Part shown: positions 9,474 through 18,007 of the stretch, in pieces | How positions within the stretch are numbered: the first letter of the stretch is position 1 | Layout: every line of letters begins with the position of its first letter | DNA from: a virus | Taxonomy: Duplodnaviria; Caudoviricetes | Length of the DNA: 53,938 nt | Reading direction: 5' to 3' (one strand) | IMG/VR virus record: IMGVR_UViG_3300033146_007470 | Location: 1-53,938 of that record | Notes under the pieces: generated by a model | What the model saw: the letters and a program-made list of their open reading frames with translations, nothing else | What the model was told of the DNA's origin: nothing | Databases searched by the model: none | Translations under genes and position numbers: made by a program

Positions 9474-10003
9474 GGTATATAATGAAAAGAATTTTAATTA
9501 TGATTACAATGTTTGCTATAGTAGCGACATCGGTATTCACACTGAATGATAAAACTATAGGTAGAATAGAAGGCAATGACGGGAAGTATATCAAAGTATA
9601 TATTAATGAGAAGAGTAATATATATTTAGAAACGGATACTAGAAGAACATTCCATTTAAGCGATGGTTCATTAATTAGATTTATTAAATTAGTTAAATTA
9701 AATTTAGAATTAGTTGAAGTAGGAAAATCTAGTGAATTGAAATATAGAAGAGATTCCGGACAGCTATGGGCAGCAGTTCCATCTAACATGTTTGTGCAGT
9801 TTGAATATTATTGTTCCGCAGAAGGATCCAGTACTATAAGCCTTATAATAACTGATTTAATCGGAGAAGAAAGACTCACCTTTAAATCAGATCAAATAGA
9901 AAAATTATTAAGTTTAATAAATGATGGCTTAAATGAAAAAAAAGGTATTATAAGCCAAATAGATAAATTTAATGTCATAGTTGCTAAAGCACAAACATAC
10001 TAA
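9470..10003 (+). CDS. putative secreted hypothetical protein
   Basis: N-terminal signal-like MKRILIMITMFAIVA. Confidence 0.7.
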   Translation: MRYIMKRILIMITMFAIVATSVFTLNDKTIGRIEGNDGKYIKVYINEKSNIYLETDTRRTFHLSDGSLIRFIKLVKLNLELVEVGKSSELKYRRDSGQLWAAVPSNMFVQFEYYCSAEGSSTISLIITDLIGEERLTFKSDQIEKLLSLINDGLNEKKGIISQIDKFNVIVAKAQTY

Positions 10004-10004
10004 T

Positions 10005-10286
10005 ATGATGATATATGAAATATGTGACAGAGAAGGTGATGATGAATATTTTGAATCCCACCATCTTTTCCCTGGTAAAAAGAGGCGTAAGAAGGCGGGG
10101 CATTTGCAAACTATAGCAGTATGTACAACTTGTGGTGATCAAATACATAATATGTTTGACAATACCACTCTCAGAACAGAATTAAATTCTATTGAAAAGT
10201 TGCAAGAGAAAATGCATACTTATATATCATGGATACGGAAGAGAGAATTATCAGATTCTATATCTATGAAAAAATTAAAAAAATAA
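10005..10286 (+). CDS. small HNH-like protein
   Basis: C.R...ESHHLFP...VCTTCGDQIH..F.N pattern. Confidence 0.65.
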   Translation: MMIYEICDREGDDEYFESHHLFPGKKRRKKAGHLQTIAVCTTCGDQIHNMFDNTTLRTELNSIEKLQEKMHTYISWIRKRELSDSISMKKLKK

Positions 10287-10369
10287 CACTTTTATATAAA
10301 AAAGTACAAGATAATTACAAATTAATAGCATAATTAATTACATAAGAAATTAAAAAGGATAAAAAAGAA

Positions 10370-10462
10370 ATGAACGTTGCTACAGTTAAATGTATAAAAT
10401 ATTATGAATACTCATTCAAAGGCTTTATGGGAGAAAAGGGCCAAAGGAAGAGAACTGTGTAG
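10370..10462 (+). CDS. putative leader peptide, 30 aa (MNVATVKCIKYYEYSFKGFMGEKGQRKRTV)
   Basis: SD AAGGA upstream; 3' end overlaps the antiterminator arm. Confidence 0.65.
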   Translation: MNVATVKCIKYYEYSFKGFMGEKGQRKRTV

Positions 10463-10516
10463 CAAGATTAAGCTTGTATATATACAGACTCTTCCTATAT
10501 GGAAGAGTCTTTTTTT
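10445..10516 (+). promoter_or_regulatory. transcription attenuator (mutually exclusive antiterminator and terminator)
   Basis: Terminator AGACTCTTCC-TATAT-GGAAGAGTCT-T6 (10486-10516); alternative helix AGGAAGAG/CTCTTCCT, CTGTGTA/TATACAG and GCAAG/CTTGT. Confidence 0.75.
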
Positions 10517-10563
10517 ATGCCTGGAGAGCATAATATTTTACATTGCTATGCATAGTTTGTAAT

Positions 10564-11016
10564 ATGAATAAAATGGATAGAGTTTTAGAAAAAATGGCTA
10601 ATGAACCAAATTATCATGTATTTGCTCATAATGGCTTAATATGTGAAATTGTTAGACATCCAAAACATGGACATTATTGTGGTTATGTTTTGGTACCTAA
10701 AGATCATCCATCGTATGGAAAAGGATATAATTATATAACTGATATTGATGTTCACGGAGGTTTAACATATGCTGATAATCGGGGCGATTATTGGGCTTTA
10801 GGCTTTGATTGTAGTCATGGAGGAGATTTTAATATCCCGCCAGATAAAACTCTTAGAGAAGTATATAATAAAGTATATGGTACTTTAAGAGACGGAGAAT
10901 ATAGAGATTTTGAATATGTTAAAGGGGAGTGTAAAATTCTTGCTGACGGTTTAACAGGAGGGAAAATAGATGATGTTGAAGCTGTTATTGCTAAGATGAT
11001 TTTAGCAAGGGAATGA
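10564..11016 (+). CDS. conserved phage hypothetical protein
   Basis: HYCGYV, VHGGLTY and GFDCSH.GD motifs. Confidence 0.75.
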   Translation: MNKMDRVLEKMANEPNYHVFAHNGLICEIVRHPKHGHYCGYVLVPKDHPSYGKGYNYITDIDVHGGLTYADNRGDYWALGFDCSHGGDFNIPPDKTLREVYNKVYGTLRDGEYRDFEYVKGECKILADGLTGGKIDDVEAVIAKMILARE

Positions 11017-11045
11017 TTTGGACAATGTATTAAATATGTTATAAT
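11017..11045 (+). promoter_or_regulatory. sigma70-like promoter TTGGACA-N15-TATAAT with extended -10 (representative copy)
   Basis: Recurs at about 16549, 18370, 23652, 36001 and 53011, with variants at 19968, 48601 and 50729. Confidence 0.75.
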
Positions 11046-11071
11046 TACATATAAACTTAAGGAAGGTAATT

Positions 11072-11523
11072 ATGAATATATTAGATGTTGCTGTGAATGA
11101 ACTTGCACCGGAAGTAAAACATGTAGTTGAAGCCTTAATACAGAGAGGCAAAACTATAACTATGGTTTTAGAAGGTGATATAGATTATGATCCTTGTATT
11201 GATATTGAAGGTGGTTTATCTATTGTAATTTCAGAAGATGGTGTTTACTCTCTTACAAGAGGAGAAAATGATACTTTAGAATATATTGATGAAAATGTGA
11301 GTTTGGAGAATATATTGGCTCAGGTGTAGCCATGGTTAATATTGTTAAAACTGGTAATAGCTTTACCTTTTATGAAGGTGGACATAATACCATTATGGAT
11401 AACGCTGAAACAATTGCTGCTATTATAAGAGCATTTGATAATGCAGGAATAGATTATTATATTATTGAAGATACTGATAGTAAAATGACTGAGTATGGAA
11501 CAATAAAGAAATTATTTCGATAG
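11072..11523 (+). CDS. two small hypothetical ORFs (11072-11329, 11332-11523)
   Basis: ORF track; downstream of a promoter; tightly packed. Confidence 0.6.
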
Positions 11524-11590
11524 TTCTTTGACAAAGAAAATCGAAGGTGTTGGATATGAGACACTGTTAGATATAAGAGAAGGAGAAAAT

Positions 11591-11623
11591 GTCCTCGTAG
11601 GCAAATGGCTAAGTCGTTCCTCT
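11591..11623 (+). pseudogene. orphan tRNA 5' half
   Basis: GTCCTCG-TA-GGC-AAATGGCTAA-GTC followed by the endonuclease cassette; no 3' half seen. Confidence 0.6.
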
Positions 11624-11691
11624 GGTTTAAAAAGTCACAGTTCAACACTTATTGAGAGCTTATTACAAGATAATATAAAGGAGATTATCTT

Positions 11692-12479
11692 ATGTATAAG
11701 TGTGAACAATGTGGAAAAGAATTTGATAATGGTAGAGCTTATGGAGGACATAAAGCAGGTGCTCATAATAAATATGGGCACTTAAAACGTTCCAAAATTA
11801 TAACACTAGAAAGAGTTATTGTAACTAAGCAATGCGAAAATTGTGATAACGATTTTGAAGTTGAACGTTTGGTAAATAAGGATGGAACACAACGTATTGG
11901 TAAAAGAGAAAAAAGATTTTGTAGTAGGAGTTGTGCTAATATCAGAACCTTTACAGAAGAACAAAATAAGAGTAAAGGTAGAAAAGGTAAGCAAGGTTTT
12001 ATTGGAAAATTAAACCCTAATTGGAAGGGTGGAATTAAATACAATTGTAGTAATTGTGGCACGGAGATTGGCACTACAAAAAGCGGATTATGTAGATTGT
12101 GTTTAAACGGTGATATAAGTGAAAAAAATAAATATCACAATAAGTGTCAATTTAAATTTAATCTGGCTACTTATCCAAACGAATTTAACTTCACTTTAAT
12201 TGAAGAACATGGTTGGTATAAAGCTAAAAATCATGGTGATAATCCTAACGGAGTTAGTAGAGACCATATTGTGTCTGTTAAATATGGATTTGATAATAAT
12301 ATAGATTTGATAATAATATAGATACAGAAATAATAAGTCATCCTGCTAATTGTCAGTTAATGCAACAGAAATATAATAGAAGAAAAAATACAAAATGTGA
12401 TATAACTTATGAAGAACTTTTAGAGAGAATAGAAGTTTGGAATAAAAAATACAATTGTTCCGGTACCCAAGAGGCTTAA
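11692..12479 (+). pseudogene. zinc-finger HNH homing endonuclease frameshifted by a 17-nt tandem duplication
   Basis: SRDH before the shift, HPANCQL..N..K after it; TTGATAATAATATAGAT duplicated at 12290-12323; the restored frame ends inside tRNA-Cys. Confidence 0.8.
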
Positions 12480-12542
12480 GGGCGCGGTTTGCAAAACCGA
12501 ATGACTTGAAAAAGTACGAGGGTTCGAATCCCTCCTGGAACT
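12457..12542 (+). tRNA. tRNA-Cys(GCA) with long variable arm
   Basis: GTTCCGG/CTGGAAC acceptor; CGGT-TTGCAAA-ACCG; GAGGG-TTCGAAT-CCCTC. Confidence 0.88.
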
Positions 12543-12613
12543 CTCTCTCGAGTAAGAGTATAGTAATTACAGTATAGTATTGATGTTGAGCTTCGGCCTA
12601 ATGGCGGTTGATG

Positions 12614-12653
12614 TTATACGTTATTATACGTTATTATACGTTATTATACCTTA
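12614..12653. repeat. 10-bp tandem repeat (TTATACGTTA x3 + TTATACCTTA)
   Basis: Read directly from the sequence. Confidence 0.85.
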
Positions 12654-12662
12654 TCCGTAAAT

Positions 12663-12737
12663 GCGGTGTTAGTGTTTAATGGATTAGCACGGTTGGCTTC
12701 CACCCAACAAGTACGAGTTCGACCCCCGTACACCGCA
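12663..12737 (+). tRNA. tRNA-Gly(TCC)
   Basis: GCGGTGT/ACACCGC; GTTGG-CTTCCAC-CCAAC. Confidence 0.9.
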
Positions 12738-12833
12738 ATATTCTTAGGTATTAGTCTCCCTAAGATGAAAAGGTAATAATGGTTCCTGTGGAGTTGGTTT
12801 ACCGCCAACTATGATAGCCTACAGGAGCTACAT

Positions 12834-12906
12834 GTTGTAGTAGCTCAATTGGTAGAGTCCTTGCTTGCCAAGCAAGATGTTGGGGATTCAAGTTCCCCCT
12901 ACAACT
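12834..12906 (+). tRNA. tRNA-Gly(GCC)
   Basis: GTTGTAG/CTACAAC; CTTGC-TTGCCAA-GCAAG. Confidence 0.92.
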
Positions 12907-12932
12907 TTAACAAATAAAAAAGGAGGTAAACA

Positions 12933-13049
12933 ATGGAAAGTAAACAGAATGTTGACGTTCATAAACATGGCAGCGTTTGTCATAAACAAATACGGACGGT
13001 TAACACATCGGCATGTAACAAACTTTTAATTTGTATGGAGAAATCCTAA
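12933..13049 (+). CDS. mini-ORF (38 aa) reading into tRNA-Lys
   Basis: AAGGAGGT 5 nt before ATG; AAA codons at positions 4, 11 and 18. Confidence 0.55.
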   Translation: MESKQNVDVHKHGSVCHKQIRTVNTSACNKLLICMEKS

Positions 13050-13070
13050 TGCGGGTTCGAATCCCGTCCA
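12994..13070 (+). pseudogene. tRNA-Lys(TTT) with collapsed T-stem/acceptor 3' end
   Basis: ACAAA-CTTTTAA-TTTGT arm; CCCGTCC has to serve both T stem and acceptor (apparent 5-nt deletion). Confidence 0.65.
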
Positions 13071-13128
13071 ACTTAAATAATTTTTAAGTAAAATGGCACG
13101 TTACACTTTACTTATGTAAGATAATAAT

Positions 13129-13899
13129 ATGAAATATAAACAATGTAATAAGTGTGGGAAAACAATAAGTTTATCTAATTTTAAAAAGCACTATAGTGTT
13201 TGTGACGGAATTATAAAAGAAAAAAATCATATTAAAGAAGAATGGAAACTTCCAAACGGAAAGTATAGATGTCCTTATTGTGATAAAGAATTATCAAAAC
13301 TTGGTTTGGGAGGCCATATATATAGGGTTCATACTGAAAAAGGAAAACAACAAAAAACATGCCCAGAAAATTTAATAAATTATTATAAAACACATGGTTC
13401 TTGGAACAAAGGTTTAACAAAAGAAACAGATGAAAGAATTAAAAAAAATGGTGAATCTCTAAAAATAAGTTTAGCTTCCGGAAAGACAAAAATTTGGTGT
13501 GAAGGTAAAAATTTATCCAAAGAGCACAGAGAAAAAATATCCAAGGCAAGGATTAAATATCTGCAAGAGAATCCAGATAAAGTTCCGTATCTAATTAATC
13601 ATTCTTCTAACGAAAGTTTTCCAGAAAAAGTATTCAAGCAAGCTTTAATAGATAATGGCATTACTGGTTGGACAGATAGATGGCAAAATGGAATATATCA
13701 ATATGATTTTGCGTTCATTAATAAAAGGATTGATGTAGAAATTGATGGTGCTCAGCACTTGCAAGAGAAAGTCGTAAAAATTGATAAACGAAGAGACGAG
13801 TGGTCTAAAAGTTTAGGATGGATTGTGATTAGATTTACAGCGAAAGAAGTTCTCAAAAATGTTGATTTGTGTATTATTAAATTAAAGGAAATTTTGTAG
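13129..13899 (+). CDS. zinc-finger + DUF559/Vsr-like putative homing endonuclease
   Basis: CxxC/C2H2 fingers, WNKGLTKETDER, YDFA...VEIDGAQH...D..RD. Confidence 0.85.
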   Translation: MKYKQCNKCGKTISLSNFKKHYSVCDGIIKEKNHIKEEWKLPNGKYRCPYCDKELSKLGLGGHIYRVHTEKGKQQKTCPENLINYYKTHGSWNKGLTKETDERIKKNGESLKISLASGKTKIWCEGKNLSKEHREKISKARIKYLQENPDKVPYLINHSSNESFPEKVFKQALIDNGITGWTDRWQNGIYQYDFAFINKRIDVEIDGAQHLQEKVVKIDKRRDEWSKSLGWIVIRFTAKEVLKNVDLCIIKLKEIL

Positions 13900-13933
13900 T
13901 TTAGAGAGCTGGGTTCGATTCCCAGATCGTTCA
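13900..13933 (+). pseudogene. orphan tRNA 3' half
   Basis: CTGGG-TTCGATT-CCCAG-ATCGTTC-A immediately after the endonuclease stop. Confidence 0.7.
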
Positions 13934-13936
13934 AAT

Positions 13937-14009
13937 GGACTAGTAACTCAATCGGCAGAGTCCCAAACTTTTAATTTGGTTGTTCCCAGTTCAATTCTGG
14001 GCTAGTTCA
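13937..14009 (+). tRNA. tRNA-Lys(TTT)
   Basis: GGACTAG/CTAGTTC; CCAAA-CTTTTAA-TTTGG. Confidence 0.92.
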
Positions 14010-14030
14010 ATATTACAAAGGAGTTATAAA

Positions 14031-14898
14031 ATGGTGTATAAAATTGCTATATTGCATTGTGATCAGTGCAGTAGAGAATACGGTGATACTGATGAAGAAA
14101 TAAAAGCATTACGTTTTTATGCTAAGAGAGACGGATGGATTTATAAGAAAATGGAAAATGGTTCGTATTGGGATCTTTGTCCTAAATGTGCTAAAGAAGA
14201 GAAATAATATGTTATTTATAGTGGTTGGAAATTATGCAAGTGAGCCCGATTCATGGGTATCATTCTATGGTATATATGATGATCCATTAAAAGCTGAAGA
14301 TAGAATAAAAGAAGTAATTAAAGAACAGGGTAATTCTTGTGAGAAAACAGACTATAATGGATGGCCAGCATATCAATCTGATACGACATTATATTATATG
14401 CAAGAAGTTGAAATAAATAAAGGGATGGGTATATACTAATGAGTATTGAATTTCGTGGTATTAAGTGTGATAATCCTAAATGTGATTTTATAGATATGAC
14501 TGTAGAATATAAAGATTATAAGGGGAAATGGTTGAATAAACCATGTCCAAAATGTGGTGATAATTTATTAACAAAAGCTGATATGCAAACTTGTAAAGAT
14601 TTAACTGAAACAGTTAACAAGTTAAAAATATTTGATAAATTGGAGGGTGAAAAGTTTTCCATCCCTATTAAAATGGATGGTAGCGGTAAAATAGAATTTT
14701 AGTAAGGATGAAGAAATGAAACAAAACACATTTAATACGTTAATTAGTTTAATGGAGAATATTATTGACGCAATTGATGAAGTTAATGAAAAAGTTGATA
14801 ATAATGTAGAGGATTGGAATCAATCAGCAATTGAAAGTCCTTTATCATTGCAATGCGCAAAAGATGATTTATCAATATTACAGAGTTTATATCATTAG
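14031..14898 (+). CDS. run of four small hypothetical ORFs, two with CxxC zinc ribbons
   Basis: ORF track; overlapping stop/start codons; SD before 14031. Confidence 0.6.
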
Positions 14899-14936
14899 AA
14901 GATTATATTGGTAAAGATTGGAAAGAATATTATTAT

Positions 14937-15015
14937 GGGTAGGTTGGGCAATGGTTGCCCCGGAAACTGTAAATTTCTCGCTTCGGCATTGGGGGTTCGA
15001 ATCCCTCCTTACCCA
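14937..15015 (+). tRNA. tRNA-Tyr(GTA)
   Basis: GGGTAGG/CTTACCC; GGAAA-CTGTAAA-TTTCT; long variable arm. Confidence 0.92.
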
Positions 15016-15026
15016 ATATTCTTTAA

Positions 15027-15114
15027 GTGGAGCAAAATAGAAATCTGGCTTATCAAACTTGGTAACCAGACTATGTTGGCAAGTAGTACAAGGGTTCGAG
15101 TCCCTCATTCTGCA
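15027..15114 (+). ncRNA. degenerate tRNA-like element
   Basis: T arm AGGG-TTCGAGT-CCCT and a weak acceptor; interior is a long TCTGG/CCAGA hairpin without a normal anticodon arm. Confidence 0.4.
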
Positions 15115-15187
15115 ATGAAGCTTATTGAATATATAAGATGAGAGTGATAATAATTACGTAATAAAACACTCGAGTCTTATATTATAT

Positions 15188-15258
15188 GGACCATTTGAGT
15201 AGTGGTAGCTCGCTTCCCTTTCACGGAAGAAGCCCCGGATCGTGCCCGGGATGGTCTA
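15188..15258 (+). tRNA. tRNA-Glu(TTC)
   Basis: GGACCAT/ATGGTCT; CTTCC-CTTTCAC-GGAAG; atypical T loop ATCGTGC. Confidence 0.85.
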
Positions 15259-15264
15259 TAACAT

Positions 15265-15337
15265 GGATCGTTAGTATATCGGTTTAGTACACCGGATTTT
15301 CATTCCGGCAAGACGGGTTCGACTCCCGTACGATCTA
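15265..15337 (+). tRNA. tRNA-Glu(TTC)
   Basis: GGATCGT/ACGATCT; CCGGA-TTTTCAT-TCCGG. Confidence 0.92.
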
Positions 15338-15352
15338 TATAAGGAGTATTAA

Positions 15353-16241
15353 GTGATAAAAGAATTTGATAAAGAAGGCATACAATTATTTATGAATGAG
15401 TGGATAGCTGCAACTATGGAAGTGGTAAATAGACATAATTTGATTATGCAAGAACCATCTATCAAAGCGAGCCTAGATCAATTAGATGTTAATTTGAGTG
15501 TTACTTCTATTGGCGGTCAAGATTTATCTAAATTAGGTCTTCAGGAGAGGGAGACAATAACATCGGAGTCGGGTCATATTTGTGAAATTATACCTTTCCC
15601 AACCTCATGATATTTGAGGGCCTTCCAAACCTCTGGTTGTATATTTTAATTGGGACTTTTACCATCTCATCTATACTTTTATTCTTCTTATCCAAATATG
15701 TTATTAGACAGGGGAGAGTGAAGAACAATTATGAGGTGGAGAGGAATACATGTAAATTCTGTTTCCTAACAGAAAGGGATCAATTGATATTCCTTATGGT
15801 TGTAAATACATTGAGAGATAAAGATAACGTATTTAAGGTGTATAGGAATGAAAGGAAATTAATGTTTGTAGATAAAGAAACAGCATATGGCGCAAAAAGT
15901 GTGTTAGATTCCTACATTAAATGGAATAAAATGTATAAAGTAGATGTTAGTGTTAAAGAAGAATTTTTATATATTAAATATGGAGAATGATTATGGATGC
16001 GGCTGCTTTATTAGCTAAGGCTTCTCTTCTTGATTTAAACCAAGGCGAGATTAAATTTTTAGAATATAAGTTGGGTATGTCTGGTGCATTCTATAGAGGA
16101 TTATTTGAACTCTATTTTAAGGCGGATAGATTTAATAAGAGGATACTATTAAATGCATGGCCACAAGAGATGGAAGCTGTTGATAGATTCTCAAATGAGA
16201 GTGGATATTGGGATGAATTGCAGAAGAAGGTAGGATTATAA
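15353..16241 (+). CDS. three hypothetical ORFs (15353-15610, 15607-15990 with TM helix, 15987-16241)
   Basis: ORF track; ATGA overlaps. Confidence 0.65.
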
Positions 16242-16252
16242 GGAGGTGAGTT

Positions 16253-16291
16253 TTGTTTAGTGATTTTAGACATGTGGCTTTGCTGAAATAG
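16253..16291 (+). CDS. mini-ORF MFSDFRHVALLK reading into tRNA-Phe
   Basis: AGGAGGT 5 nt before TTG; TTT at codons 2 and 5. Confidence 0.55.
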   Translation: MFSDFRHVALLK

Positions 16292-16345
16292 GTATCAGAA
16301 ATGACTGAAAATCATTGTTTCCGAGTTCAATTCTCGGGGGCCACA
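16274..16345 (+). tRNA. tRNA-Phe(GAA)
   Basis: GTGGCTT/GGGCCAC; AATGA-CTGAAAA-TCATT. Confidence 0.88.
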
Positions 16346-16373
16346 ATATATTAAATTAAGAAGGAGGTAAATT

Positions 16374-16403
16374 TTGTTTAGTGGTTTTATTACGCGGATA
16401 TGA
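16374..16403 (+). CDS. mini-ORF MFSGFITRI reading into the second tRNA-Phe
   Basis: AAGGAGGT 5 nt before TTG; TTT at codons 2 and 5. Confidence 0.55.
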   Translation: MFSGFITRI

Positions 16404-16466
16404 TGGTAACTGGTAACCTTTTTCACTGAAGATGAAATATTTTCCGTTCAAGTCGGAATATCCGCA
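16394..16466 (+). tRNA. tRNA-Phe(GAA)
   Basis: GCGGATA/TATCCGC; TTTCA-CTGAAGA-TGAAA. Confidence 0.88.
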
Positions 16467-16471
16467 TACAT

Positions 16472-16546
16472 GGCTGCGTAGCATAGTTGGTTTAATGCAG
16501 TGCCCTCATAAGGCGAAGACCGGAGATTCGAATTCTCCCGTAGCTA
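16472..16546 (+). tRNA. tRNA(CAT), probably elongator Met
   Basis: GGCTGCG/CGTAGCT; loop CTCATAA. Confidence 0.88.
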
Positions 16547-16617
16547 TTTTGGACATTTAATAAAATATGTTATAATTACTATAGTAATTGAAAATATAAT
16601 TATTGTAAGAGGTAAAT

Positions 16618-16952
16618 ATGGCAATTAAAAGAATATTTAAGCATTGGGTTGCTTATCAAAAACAGCATTTGAATTGAAGTGTTGGAATCCACGTTTCCTA
16701 TTACATGATGTTGATAAAATGATAATATTTCTTTTCTTATTTAGGGCAAAAGTATCATTTATTCATAGAATATATTCGACTCATCATATAAGAAATAGTA
16801 AAGTAATAGACAAAATGGCTGCAGTAGTGGATTGGGAAAGTTCTAGACGTACTAAGTCAGAAAAGTCTTTAACAGCTAGAGAATTTTTAGATAAATTCCA
16901 TCCTGAATTGAATATAACATTTAATCCAATTTTTATTGAATTGGGAATATAG
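16618..16952 (+). CDS. HD-like hypothetical protein, apparently frameshifted near its 5' end
   Basis: LLHDVDK, HR..S.HH, VVDWES; the SD-led ATG at 16618 is out of frame with the body at an A5 run. Confidence 0.5.
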
Positions 16953-17196
16953 GGAGTATTAAATGGCAAAATTTAAATTTGATATAGAGGCTGGTGCGGA
17001 AAGGCGTCCGTGAGCAGATGAATAGATGGAAAGCTGATATTCAGTATAAAGAACCAGAGGCTATTATTAATATAACAGAGAATAAAGGTTTCATTGATTC
17101 CTACTTCACCTTCCGTGCCTCCAATATAAGTGACAATGTAGCAATAGCCTTACAAGATGCTCGTAGAAGACTTATGATATCCTATGAGGAGTAGAT

Positions 17197-17502
17197 ATGT
17201 ACGATGATATTAAATTTTTAGAAATTGATTGTCCCACCTGTAAATGGGGACCTGATGATGGTACTATATGCCCCGTCTGTGGAACAGAAAGTAGCTGGGG
17301 AAGAATTAACATTCTTGACTATATTAAATCATCTGAGTTTGATGAGAGTGAAATAGAGGATTTAACCATAGCTTGTCCTGATTGTGTAAATATGACTTCT
17401 GATCCCCAGTATTGTTGCACGACTTGTTGGCAGGAAGGTGGAGACGGTAGAATAAACGTTCTCTCCTCCTTGAGAGAAGATTACCCGGAGGCGTTTGTAT
17501 AA
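17197..17502 (+). CDS. Cys-rich hypothetical protein with a duplicated CPxC module
   Basis: Two CPxC...CxxC...GRIN repeats. Confidence 0.7.
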   Translation: MYDDIKFLEIDCPTCKWGPDDGTICPVCGTESSWGRINILDYIKSSEFDESEIEDLTIACPDCVNMTSDPQYCCTTCWQEGGDGRINVLSSLREDYPEAFV

Positions 17503-18007
17503 TAGATAAAAAAGCATTTAAAACATTCAGGGAAATTATCTTAGATGTAGTTTCTGCAATTGATGAAGTTAACGAAAGGGTTGATGCATTAAGCGGTAAT
17601 AATTTTATAGTTATTCCACGTTCTGCAAAATTAGATAAAATAGAAAACAGATTATCCTGGTTGGAAGACGCCTTCCTATAAGCATAATTTAAGGTATGGA
17701 TGATATAACAGCTAAAAATCTCTTAGCAGGGAAGACGTGTGATGTATGTGATTATTATTTAGTTTGTCTAACCAATGAAAATAAGGAAATACAAACTAAA
17801 TTTAAGGATGAGACTTGTGAGAAGTGGGTACAACATGGGTGAAACGGATGAAGAGATGACTAAACGTTTCCTCCTGATGGGTGGAGATTATTATACTCCC
17901 CAGGATTTTGGATTTAATACTTTAACAGATATAATGATGGAAAAAGAATTTTATAATGGATTATTTGGGGATTATATCTATAAAGGATGTAAAATAAAGG
18001 AGTTGAA

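Noticed and set aside
12614-12653. CRISPR array
   Set aside because: Short tandem repeat without spacers; no CRISPR array or cas gene is seen anywhere in the window.
14867-14942. Tyr-rich frame (…EYYYG-stop) entering tRNA-Tyr as another cognate leader
   Set aside because: Suggestive, but there is no in-frame start or SD; it would need a frameshift from the upstream ORF.
14887-15141. ORFs on both strands over tRNA-Tyr
   Set aside because: Shadows of RNA genes.
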